Assembly: GCA_022825825.1 (NCBI GenBank)
Contig: JAJDWA010000040.1
Span: 10,488-74,487 of the forward strand
Reading direction: 5' to 3'
Source: Candidatus Poribacteria bacterium
GTDB taxonomy: Bacteria > Poribacteria > WGA-4E > WGA-3G
DNA: 64,000 nucleotides
This document shows positions 18,668 to 27,651 of this stretch, one piece after another (positions within the stretch are counted from its first letter, which is position 1; every line of letters begins with the position of its first letter). Below the pieces are notes generated by a model. The model was not told the DNA's origin. It made no database searches and saw only the letters and a list, made by a program, of their open reading frames with translations. The position numbers were made by a program, and so were the translations under genes.

Positions 18668-21600
18668 TTACTTCATTATCAACATCTTGCGCGTAGCAGA
18701 AAAGTCGTCTGCGGTGAGCGTATAGAAATACACGCCACTTGCAACAGACTCACCTACGTCATTTTTTCCATCCCAATACGCAGCTCGGCTTTTATCGTGA
18801 TAAATTCCTGCTGGTTGATGTCCTAACGATAAGGTGCGCACCAAGGATCCATTCACAGAATAAATGGATAATGTCACCTTTGTAGGTCTTGCTAACTGAT
18901 AAGGTATCCACGTCTCCGGATTGAACGGATTCGGATAATTGGGATGTAGATGCGTTTCGTCTATAGGTGCTACATGCGCTGTAGGAGAAGTCGCGATTGA
19001 CATGTGAGTTTGCGCGGTACCCAAGACTATATTGGCAGGTGTGCTTAACCCCATGACAATATTTTGGATGTTTTCCCCGTTAAGGCTGGCACAATTGATG
19101 CTATCTGTTTCTGTCCAATAGATTTTCCCACTATAGACATCCACGGTGATTCCCTCTGGAGACTCCAAACCTGTGATGAACTCACTTTCAAAGTTTGAAC
19201 CATCAAAATTGAGACGTTGGACCTTACCCGAAGAGTTTGTTAAATACAATTTACGATTGGCAGAGTCAATAGCAATACTGTGAGGTACACTCGAGAGGGA
19301 TTTTACCAATTCCACGTTTGAACCGTTGAGGTTAGCACGTTGAATTTTGCCAGTTCTATTACTTGTCTTTTCTGTCCAATAGAGTTTTCCCCCATCAACA
19401 TCCAATACGATGTTTTTTGGAGAATTCAAGCCTGTGATAAGGTTGTTTTCGAAGTTTGAACCGTCAAAGTTGAGACGCTGAATCTTTCCCCATGAGTTTG
19501 TTAAATACAGTTTATTATGTATAGTATCAATAGCGATTCCATGCAGAGCACTCTTTAAGGATCGCACAAGTTCTACGTTTGAACCGTTAAGATTCGCACG
19601 TTGAATTTTGCCGATTCTATGACCCGTTTTCTCTGTCCAGTAAATTTTACCTCCTGCTATATCTATAGCAACACCAGTTGCATTCTGGACGTTTGGTAGA
19701 AGGTTTTCTACGGCGATCCCGTTGAAGCGGTGGAGAGTGCCGTTTGCTTTGTCTGTCCAATACATTGGTGGATGCTGGAACTTATGCAAGGGAGTATTAG
19801 ACATATCCCCACCCAAGGCAAGACTGCCGGGTGCAGTCAATCCTTTCACAACCGACTTTAGTGAAAAAAGGAGATGGGGAGATTGTCCCGTTTTTCCTCT
19901 TGCCGTGGAAAGGTATCCGCTGACGATTGATTCCGGCCTCGTATACGTATAATAGATTTTGTTATCCGTAGAATCCACGTCAATACCAACAAATGGGGAA
20001 TAGAGTTTCACAGTACTCTCAACTTCTTCACCATTGAGAGAGGCGCGCTTGATTCTATGATCATTTTTGCCAATACTCTCAGTCCAATAAAGTTTGTCTT
20101 CTGCAAGAAGTTTATCTTCTGCAAGAACAATTCCACCTATTGTTCCTAAGTTTGTTGCAAGTGTTTGGATATTTGAGCCATCCATATTTGCGCGTTGAAT
20201 ACGTCTATCTTCAGTCCAATATACATTGCCTCTTGATACGTCTAAAGTGATATGTATTGGAGACTTCAAACCCGTAATTAGGTTAGATTGGAAGTTTGAA
20301 CCGTCAAAATTCATCCGCTGGATTTTCCCCAGCGAATTCGTCACATAAATCTTTTCATCAGAAGCGTCAACCGCAACACCGTGCAGAACACCTTGAAAAG
20401 ACTTCACATCTTCAAGGTTTGAACCATCAAAGTTTGCGCGTCGGACTTTACCATTGTTATCGTTCGTTTTTTCAGTCCAATATACTTTTCCACCTGCCAT
20501 ATCTGTTGTGAGGCTTGTTACATTTTTGGCACTGGGTACAAAGTGTTCTACAACCGAACCTGCCAGGCGATGGAGCGTTCCTCTTTGTGTATTGATCCAA
20601 TACATTGGGGGACGAAAGGATTCAGGTATAACTGGACGAGGAATATATACTAAGGTGAGATCCTTTGGTGCAGTTAACCCCGTGATGATATTTCGAACAT
20701 TCTTACCGTCTTGAGTTGATCGTTGAATTCTTCCACGAGAGTTGGTCCAATAAATTAGAATTTTATGACCATTAAAGTCAAAGTGCATGTTGTCTATACC
20801 AACACAATGCGGTGCACTCCTCATTGACGTGACAATTGTCTGAATGTTGTCTCCGTTGAGATATGCACGTTTGATTCTTCCACTGTTCTCATCCACCTGT
20901 TCTGTCCAATATATAATGCGACCCAAAAAGGTAATATCACCCACCGATCCAGTAGAAGATACAACAGTTTCAACATCTGTACCATTCAGGTTTGCCCGTC
21001 GAATGTGCACCGCTGCCTCTGTCCAATAGACTTTTCCCGCATGTATAGCAAGATTTTTTGGAGCATCTAAAGCCGTGATAAGATTGGGTTCAAAGTTTGA
21101 ACCATCAATACTGAGGCGCTGAATTTTACCCGACGAATTCGTCACGTAAATCCTATAATTAGAAGCATCAATTGCAATACCGAGCGGGACACTTGTTAAG
21201 GACTTGACCTCTTCAATGTTTGTGCCATCAAAGTTTGCACGTCGGATTCTACCTGTTCTATTGCTCGTTTTCTCTGTCCAGTAGACTTTACCACCTGCTA
21301 CATCTATGGCGAGACTTGTCGCGTTTTGGACACTCGGCACAAAAGGTGTTGGTGTCGCACCTATCAACCGATACAACGTACCTTCTTCCATATTAACCCA
21401 ATACATTTCCGGATGGAGGTGTTGAATTCTCAATTTTTCAGGACGAAGACCAACATTTTTTCGCTGCTTCTCCGATGGAACACTGGGACCAAACCACGCA
21501 TCGTAAGTTGCCTGATCAATGAACAATTCCTCAATCGGGAAGGTGGTATTTCTGGTAGACCAAGTGTAAGGATCATCACCATGACTCAGGTACTTACCTT

Positions 21601-22474
21601 CACTTATAAAGTAAGGAAGGGCATGTCCAGCGGCTGGTGCATTTTTGACGGGAATGTTCACGACTCTCAGTATCTCTCGAAGGAACGCTGTAGTCCCCCA
21701 ACACCCTCCAGTATAATGTGAAAATCGCTCTGCATTCCAATAGTCAGAATAAAACGTTGTCCCAGAAACGACACGTGAGACAGGCGTTACACCACGGTAC
21801 TGCCAATGGTCTTCGGCATTTTTTGCCGTAAACCAACCTTTAAAGTGAGCCATGTGATAACGACACCAATTGAGGAGATTCCCTATTGTCCGCAACCTAT
21901 CTTGTGCGATCATATTGTTATCCCTCAAGAACTGAAATGAAAAATCGGGTGGTGCAGGCATTCCATAGTAAATTACTTGATAACCATCCAAATCATGCCT
22001 TCTTCTAAACATTTTACTTCCATCAAATAATTCCAACAGTTCCTCCTGAGAATACTCGGTTAATGACCAGGACACCCACTCTCCAGTCTCGACAGCAAGA
22101 CTATATGCTACATGTGCTAAAAACAGTGGCCATGCGTGGTCTTCTGAAAGCACTGTCAAGAAGCGATCATCATCTGCGAGGGCAAGCATATTAGGTGGCG
22201 GATCGGTTAACTCAAGAGATTCTCTGTTCCAAACCTTCTGATACATATCAAGTAAATCCGCCTGTTGCGAGGCAGACCAATCACGGTACTCCCTGATTCC
22301 ATTTGCACCTTCCCACCTGATGGTTTGGGATATAAGTGGATGATCAGTTAGCCAAGATGCAATATCTGGCACATCCGTTTCTGCTGTTGCTACTAATGGA
22401 ATCGAAAGGAAGGTCAATTGACATAAAACAGTAAAAAATAATGACATTTTGCTAAAAATTGAGTTCGTCTTCAT
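18668..22474 (-). CDS. Secreted multi-propeller protein: N-terminal unknown domain, three YWTD (LDL-receptor class B) beta-propeller modules, and a T9SS/FlgD-Ig-like C-terminal domain
   Basis: 1268 aa with a signal peptide. At least 11 [KI][VIL]YWTE..G.I.RANLNG blades plus KIYVTNS.GKIQRLNFDG variants. There are three modules, each opening with P.MYW.N/D...GTL.R. The C-terminus ..NYPNPFNPETWIPY..VTLSIYSVNGSLVRTL..GVYFYTL.. is the typical Por/T9SS-type sorting or FlgD-like domain. Confidence 0.85.
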   Translation of the reverse strand: MKTNSIFSKMSLFFTVLCQLTFLSIPLVATAETDVPDIASWLTDHPLISQTIRWEGANGIREYRDWSASQQADLLDMYQKVWNRESLELTDPPPNMLALADDDRFLTVLSEDHAWPLFLAHVAYSLAVETGEWVSWSLTEYSQEELLELFDGSKMFRRRHDLDGYQVIYYGMPAPPDFSFQFLRDNNMIAQDRLRTIGNLLNWCRYHMAHFKGWFTAKNAEDHWQYRGVTPVSRVVSGTTFYSDYWNAERFSHYTGGCWGTTAFLREILRVVNIPVKNAPAAGHALPYFISEGKYLSHGDDPYTWSTRNTTFPIEELFIDQATYDAWFGPSVPSEKQRKNVGLRPEKLRIQHLHPEMYWVNMEEGTLYRLIGATPTPFVPSVQNATSLAIDVAGGKVYWTEKTSNRTGRIRRANFDGTNIEEVKSLTSVPLGIAIDASNYRIYVTNSSGKIQRLSIDGSNFEPNLITALDAPKNLAIHAGKVYWTEAAVHIRRANLNGTDVETVVSSTGSVGDITFLGRIIYWTEQVDENSGRIKRAYLNGDNIQTIVTSMRSAPHCVGIDNMHFDFNGHKILIYWTNSRGRIQRSTQDGKNVRNIITGLTAPKDLTLVYIPRPVIPESFRPPMYWINTQRGTLHRLAGSVVEHFVPSAKNVTSLTTDMAGGKVYWTEKTNDNNGKVRRANFDGSNLEDVKSFQGVLHGVAVDASDEKIYVTNSLGKIQRMNFDGSNFQSNLITGLKSPIHITLDVSRGNVYWTEDRRIQRANMDGSNIQTLATNLGTIGGIVLAEDKLLAEDKLYWTESIGKNDHRIKRASLNGEEVESTVKLYSPFVGIDVDSTDNKIYYTYTRPESIVSGYLSTARGKTGQSPHLLFSLKSVVKGLTAPGSLALGGDMSNTPLHKFQHPPMYWTDKANGTLHRFNGIAVENLLPNVQNATGVAIDIAGGKIYWTEKTGHRIGKIQRANLNGSNVELVRSLKSALHGIAIDTIHNKLYLTNSWGKIQRLNFDGSNFENNLITGLNSPKNIVLDVDGGKLYWTEKTSNRTGKIQRANLNGSNVELVKSLSSVPHSIAIDSANRKLYLTNSSGKVQRLNFDGSNFESEFITGLESPEGITVDVYSGKIYWTETDSINCASLNGENIQNIVMGLSTPANIVLGTAQTHMSIATSPTAHVAPIDETHLHPNYPNPFNPETWIPYQLARPTKVTLSIYSVNGSLVRTLSLGHQPAGIYHDKSRAAYWDGKNDVGESVASGVYFYTLTADDFSATRKMLIMK

Positions 22475-22681
22475 TTATTCTCCTTTTCTGGAATCCTAAT
22501 CTAAAATAAAGTTTAGCATGAGTTTAATAAAAGAAACCAAAGATGGTTATACCATTTTTTCTAAACGATCAGCTTTCATTAACATAAAATACCGGACTTA
22601 CGCATTCCCTTGATAAGGGGTTAAAAGTCACTATTTCATTGATTTAACTCCTAAGTCCCCTTGAATGAAGATTGAAATAAT

Positions 22682-22906
22682 AATTAACGTGAGTTTGATA
22701 ATTAGATTGAGTACAGTTCGTTGGGTAGAGCGCATCGAAATCTTTATGCGTCAACTTAGCGGTCCACACCCCTGGTAGGCGCGTTTTCTAAACGCGCCGT
22801 TAGCTAATCTTCGGCATAGGGACAGGCGCGTTTCCAAAACGCGCCTACCAGGGGGTACTAAATCGGACTGAGAAAGTGTACGGGATTTATCAAACTCACG
22901 TTAATT
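22682..22906. mobile_element. MITE-like element bounded by perfect 20-bp terminal inverted repeats
   Basis: aattaacgtgagtttgataa (22682-22701) is the exact reverse complement of ttatcaaactcacgttaatt (22887-22906). The interior carries an inverted doublet of GTAGG hairpins. There is no coding capacity and no obvious target-site duplication. Confidence 0.5.
22774..22849. repeat. Inverted doublet of GTAGG-anchored hairpins (REPIN-like)
   Basis: ggtaggcgcgttttctaaacgcgcc (22774-22798, +) and ggcgcgtttccaaaacgcgcctacc (22825-22849, reverse orientation). Confidence 0.7.
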
Positions 22907-22925
22907 CGGTAAATTACCCAAATTT

Positions 22926-23196
22926 GGTAGGTTCGGTTTCCTAACCGAACCGGATCCTACGCGAAAACCTTCTATAAAGGGAATTAAGGCAGATTCGGTG
23001 CGGTTAGGAAACCGCCAAATCAAGAAATCAACGGTATGAACGCCATTTAGGCGTTCCCCGGGTATGAATGCTATATAGAATTCCCCGCCTACAGGGTTTG
23101 GGGAAAATTAGGATTACCGAAATATTTTCTTAATCTTTATTCAGTTTGCGCATCTACGGAACATAAGCAATAGGCGAGGTTAGGAAACCTCGCCTA
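22926..23196. repeat. Cluster of three further GTAGG/TTAGGAAAC hairpin repeats
   Basis: ggtaggttcggtttcctaaccgaacc (22926-22951), ggtgcggttaggaaaccgcc (22997-23016), taggcgaggttaggaaacctcgccta (23171-23196). Confidence 0.65.
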
Positions 23197-23303
23197 TGCA
23201 GAGTGTCAAAGTCCTTCTAAAATCTGCTATATTTGATCACAGCGTTCAAATAGTGATTGCTGCTCATTCAATCCACCCATCAGATTTTAAACTCCCAAAA
23301 TCC

Positions 23304-24707
23304 TTAGTTCCCAGCACCAGGTTGTGAGTTTGGATCTTGATCAGAGGTGCCGTTTTCCAGCTCCTCATAGAACTTGTAGCCGTCTTGGTCTTGATCAAGT
23401 TCATATTGGCGTATAATCTGTTCAGCCTCTCGAAGATAGGGGCGGTCACCTTTTGCAAGACTCATATATGTTTTGAACCCTTCATACGCAGAACCAAATT
23501 CTCGGATAGAACGATAACAGACTGCCTGTTGATATACAGATTCATTGCGCCATGTGGATTCTGGTGACTTTTCAAGCAGATCATCAAAAGCTTGAATTGC
23601 GCGTTCATACTGAGCATCTTGCTGGTAGAGTGATCCGACTTGGAATAAAGCAGCGGCAACAGCAAATTTCTTGTGTGAAAGATCGCGAATTAACACCTTA
23701 TATGTTTCAATAGCGTTCGGATAGTTACGGAGTTTTTCCCACTTACTTGCTATTTGCTGGTAACTCTGAACAACGAGGTCGGTTTTTCCCATCAACCATT
23801 TGTCTGATGGACGCACATATCTTCCAAGTTTTTCAAATTCCATAGCTTTTTTGCTCTTGTTACGCTGAATTTCATCTTGGAGTTGTTTGATTTCGACCAA
23901 AAGGTCTTTAGCCTTATTCAATTCTGCTTTAACCTGCCCCGCTTCGTAAGTATCCGGGAATTTTTCCGCGACTGCCACAAAAGCACCCCAACCACCAGAA
24001 TTGGTGTAATCATACAATTTGTAAAAATAGATGTTTCCAACTTGAAATTGAGCTTGTGGTGCTTTGTCATGATCGGGAAATTCCGTAACCAACCTTTCAA
24101 AAGTTGTAATGGCTTCAGGGAAATTTTCCAATGCTTCATACGCCTGGGCAACCTTGTAGAGCGACTTTGCTGCTATATCGTAGGTTTCATCAGTCGGTTC
24201 GGTATCATAGATGGCTTTGTAGTTTTGATAATTTGCTAATTCATCTCTAATTAATTGGCGATTCTTACGAATACTTGCGATACCACTCTTTGCTTCACTT
24301 GCGTAGTATCCCGTTGGGTCAAGTTCAACAATTGCTTGGTAATGTTCATTCGCTTTATCCCATTCATAATGCTTCTTGTAGATTGTTGCGATTTGATAGT
24401 GGGCACGCTGAGCATATTTCCCTTTTGCATCTTTGGCAATCACTTCAAGATAAAGGGACATGGCTTTATCATACGCTTTTTGCCGTTTAGCACGTACCTT
24501 TTGTTTCTCTTCTGGGTCATCTGATCGGGTAGAAACAGCTTCTGCCTCGTCAAATGCGTTGTCAGCATTTTGGATTTTCGCACTCAATGGTACGATGTCA
24601 ACTCCTCCTATGCACCCAATATACGTAATCACAAACATGCTAAGTACGAGAATAATAAGACAGCTTCGGGCTATCCTTAGAGCGGAACCGAGGGTCAAAT
24701 GGGTCAT
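23304..24707 (-). CDS. TPR-repeat protein with N-terminal membrane anchor and C-terminal TSP3-like acidic tail
   Basis: 467 aa with an AAGGAGG RBS. Multiple TPR-like helices (..AHYQIATIYKKHYEWDKANEHYQAIVELDP..). The tail DQDQDGYKFYEELENGTSDQDPNS resembles a thrombospondin-type-3 Ca-binding repeat. Confidence 0.85.
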   Translation of the reverse strand: MTHLTLGSALRIARSCLIILVLSMFVITYIGCIGGVDIVPLSAKIQNADNAFDEAEAVSTRSDDPEEKQKVRAKRQKAYDKAMSLYLEVIAKDAKGKYAQRAHYQIATIYKKHYEWDKANEHYQAIVELDPTGYYASEAKSGIASIRKNRQLIRDELANYQNYKAIYDTEPTDETYDIAAKSLYKVAQAYEALENFPEAITTFERLVTEFPDHDKAPQAQFQVGNIYFYKLYDYTNSGGWGAFVAVAEKFPDTYEAGQVKAELNKAKDLLVEIKQLQDEIQRNKSKKAMEFEKLGRYVRPSDKWLMGKTDLVVQSYQQIASKWEKLRNYPNAIETYKVLIRDLSHKKFAVAAALFQVGSLYQQDAQYERAIQAFDDLLEKSPESTWRNESVYQQAVCYRSIREFGSAYEGFKTYMSLAKGDRPYLREAEQIIRQYELDQDQDGYKFYEELENGTSDQDPNSQPGAGN

Positions 24708-24845
24708 TGTTGTTAATCCTCCTTAGGAATAAAATAATAAAAACCTACCAGTAAGTTAATAAAGTTTACTGGTTTGCGATTTATAGTTTTAGTATAACAG
24801 AAATATAAAAATTGTCAAGAAAAAAAATCTGTTTTCTGATTATTC

Positions 24846-24941
24846 TCAATTCCCTGCTCGTGGGCGCGAGTTTGGATCTCGATCGGAAGTACCATTTTCT
24901 TGTTCCTCGTAAAAGCGAAAACCGTCCTTGTCCCGATGAAA
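24846..24941 (-). pseudogene. Orphan remnant of a paralogous TSP3-like C-terminal tail
   Basis: Own translation of the reverse strand gives FHRDKDGFRFYEEQENGTSDRDPNSRPRAGN*. This parallels the last 30 aa of the TPR protein at 23304 (DQDQDGYKFYEELENGTSDQDPNSQPGAGN*). An in-frame TAA lies immediately upstream and there is no start codon. Confidence 0.5.
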
Positions 24942-25441
24942 TTATAGAACTTATAACAGGTTTCGAGAATTTGTCAAGAAATATAGGATCCTGTCACGGT
25001 TATTTATGGTAAGATATTTAGTTGTATCTTGCACCATTCTCTCTTTGAATCATGGAATTGCCTCAAATTAAACCGAACATACGTATAGTATTCTGCACAT
25101 TCCACAGAAATTTCTAAAAATTGTCTCTGGAGTATAGCACAACATCTGCCACCAGGCAAGAACATATCAGTACCGGGTTCAAAGGTTTACCTCGGACATT
25201 CAAAGCCATCCCAAATCAGCTTCAAAAAAGACAATTTCTCTCTCAAATACTTATGGGTAATAGTAAACCCTACAACATGGGTTGTGTTGACTATGCTAAA
25301 ACTTTACCCCCCACAGATTCTAAATGTTTTGGCATAGATCGAGGAAATATGATATAATAAGATGGAAATATCAATTTGCGCTTGGAACGCACAAGGATTC
25401 GTCCTATTGTGTGGACAGACACATCTCTATAGGAGGGAGAT

Positions 25442-26149
25442 ATGTCGGAAATAAATTTGAAACAGCGTATTCATGATGGAGAACATGTCTTTGGCGTTTC
25501 TGTTTCAATGATGATAGATCGTGACAGCCTCGCTGAAAGAGTTGAAAAGGGTGGTTACGATTTTGTCGCTGTGGATAGCCAACATGCAGCGTACAATGAG
25601 GATAGACTTGTCGCATTCTGCAATATGGCAGATGCGTTAGATATTCCGGTTAACTTTCGGATTAAACATACCCGCAATGCCTATCTCATCGGCAATTATT
25701 TGGACCTTGGACCATCGGGTATAGAGGTGCCGCAAGTTGAATTGGAATCAACGGTAGATGAAGCAGTTGCTTCCTTTTACTATCCACAGCAAGGCATTCG
25801 TAGTTGGGGAGGAAGTGCGCGAAAAAATTCGGCAGGTAGAGAACGGCTTGAATATGCGGATTGGTGGAATAATTACGGGATGCTCTGGATGCAGATAGAG
25901 TCAATTGAGGCGGTGACGCATGCACGGAGGCTTGCGAAGACGGGTGTGGATTGTCTCTCCTTTGGTCCTACGGATTTAACATTCAGTATGGAAGGTCACC
26001 CAAATCACGCGCTTCAAACAGTAGATGCCTGTGTGCAGTATGTTGCAAAAGAATTAGAAGGAAGCTCAACTGCTGTCTGTTTTAGGAACGGTAATCCCAG
26101 TACACGTGATAAATATGCGGATATGGGTGTTACCGTCTTTTTAGAATAG
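25442..26149 (+). CDS. HpcH/HpaI-family aldolase
   Basis: 235 aa with a GGAGGGA RBS. The layout ..G.YDFVAVDSQHAAYNEDRLVAF..IPVNFRIKH......G..LD.G..GIEVPQVE... .. is typical of class II 2-keto-3-deoxy-acid aldolases. Confidence 0.75.
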   Translation: MSEINLKQRIHDGEHVFGVSVSMMIDRDSLAERVEKGGYDFVAVDSQHAAYNEDRLVAFCNMADALDIPVNFRIKHTRNAYLIGNYLDLGPSGIEVPQVELESTVDEAVASFYYPQQGIRSWGGSARKNSAGRERLEYADWWNNYGMLWMQIESIEAVTHARRLAKTGVDCLSFGPTDLTFSMEGHPNHALQTVDACVQYVAKELEGSSTAVCFRNGNPSTRDKYADMGVTVFLE

Positions 26150-26156
26150 TCTCAAA

Positions 26157-27566
26157 ATGTTATATTATGGACTTGTAAGCACAGCAATAGCTGAGGATCG
26201 GCAGCAACTGCGAGATGGTATGCGTCTTTTAGCAAAAATGGCGCATAAATACAATATTCCAATTACGTGGGCAATCGTTGCTGATTCAGCGCAATTTTTA
26301 GCAAAGGATCTGACAGAATGGCATAACGAGTATGGAGACGAACCATTGCTAATGCTGGATATCAAGCCATTATGGGAGGCAAACTGGGCTAAACTTACTG
26401 GGCAATCCATGCCAGACCCAAATACTGAAAGCGAACCAATTGATATTTCAATGGCAGGTGCTTCATCAGAAGTCATTGCTGAACATCTCGTCAAAATGCG
26501 TGAAACGGTCCCCCGATATATCAGGACAGAGTGGAAAAAAATGGAGCGTGCATTGGAGTGGGCGACACCAAATGTGGCAGGCGCAGAGTGGAAAAACCAT
26601 GTTTTAGTTCACGCATTGGAACAGGTCGGTTTTCGCGGTTTGTGGGGGTATCGCTGGGACGATCGTGGTTCAATAGCAGAGGTTGATCGTGGCAGTCCGT
26701 TCGGATTTTTTTATCCATCAGCGGAGCAACATAATTTCAGTGCACCTACTGCAGGAAGCATCGCGGGTGTTCCTTACTGGACAGCAGCACATCTTGAAAA
26801 TAACGCTGAAAATCTCCGCGCCTCACTCATAAACGGGACAATACAACAAAATTACGATCTATATGTCCAAAATGAGAAGTGGAATCGGTGGCTTAGTTAT
26901 GTCCAGCATGTCAATGCACTTGAGGTCGCCCAATTAGGACAAGAGACATTAGAAAGACTTGATACATACTTTGCACATGTAGCAGGCAATGAAAGCACAA
27001 AATTGTCACCTCTTTATGAGATGGTCGATGATTACTGGACCAGTTGTCAACAGACTGAACCTACATTTATAGTTGCTACCACACTTGAGTCTCAGGATAA
27101 CGCTGAATCTATGGAGTCAGAATCAGCACAATCATCTGATGAAAATGTGTTAGCAGATCAAAAAGAAAAAAAGGTGTTTTTTTATTACGATTCAAAATGC
27201 CAATTTACGTTTTACGAAGGGACAATGGAACCTGTTGACATGAAAAACTATATCTCACCCCCCATTGTGGAAAATCTTGGGAGTGAGATTTCGCATCAGG
27301 GTGCTTCTGTTCACGGTGTTGAGTATCATTTACCAAAGATAGCGAATTTTAGACCTAACCGGAAACGTTCACGATTGCACGTCACTTTTGCAATTGAATC
27401 TACTAAAGCGATGCCTTACGGTGTAGCGATATGGGGCAACCATCTCGGTTTGCAATTAGCCAATTCTAATGCCGAGGTTGTTACATGGGTGGATAAACAC
27501 CTACTTTTTATCCGTGTCGCATTGGAACCGGGGAATAACGAATTTGAAATCGTCCTGACAATTTGA
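26157..27566 (+). CDS. Hypothetical protein (469 aa), probably co-transcribed with the aldolase
   Basis: Long ORF starting 8 nt after the aldolase stop. Contains an acidic Ser/Glu-rich linker. No motif recognised. Confidence 0.5.
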   Translation: MLYYGLVSTAIAEDRQQLRDGMRLLAKMAHKYNIPITWAIVADSAQFLAKDLTEWHNEYGDEPLLMLDIKPLWEANWAKLTGQSMPDPNTESEPIDISMAGASSEVIAEHLVKMRETVPRYIRTEWKKMERALEWATPNVAGAEWKNHVLVHALEQVGFRGLWGYRWDDRGSIAEVDRGSPFGFFYPSAEQHNFSAPTAGSIAGVPYWTAAHLENNAENLRASLINGTIQQNYDLYVQNEKWNRWLSYVQHVNALEVAQLGQETLERLDTYFAHVAGNESTKLSPLYEMVDDYWTSCQQTEPTFIVATTLESQDNAESMESESAQSSDENVLADQKEKKVFFYYDSKCQFTFYEGTMEPVDMKNYISPPIVENLGSEISHQGASVHGVEYHLPKIANFRPNRKRSRLHVTFAIESTKAMPYGVAIWGNHLGLQLANSNAEVVTWVDKHLLFIRVALEPGNNEFEIVLTI

Positions 27567-27651
27567 AAAGGTTTGAAATTTGCTGTTGAGAAACATATTT
27601 CAACAATAATGTTCACAGAATCTTAATGAAATCATTATATTTGGAGGCAAA

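Noticed and set aside
22774-23196. Possible CRISPR array (also at 63446-63559): repeated hairpin-forming ~25-nt units separated by tens of nt
   Set aside because: The units differ in stem sequence, occur in both orientations and have irregular spacing (26-155 nt). Some of the 'spacers' are themselves conserved between loci. No cas genes are present in the window. This fits REP/MITE-type repeats, not CRISPR.
24812-25012. 66-aa plus-strand ORF in the long gap
   Set aside because: It is the antisense reading of the TSP3-tail remnant (24846-24941). It has no RBS and no family resemblance.
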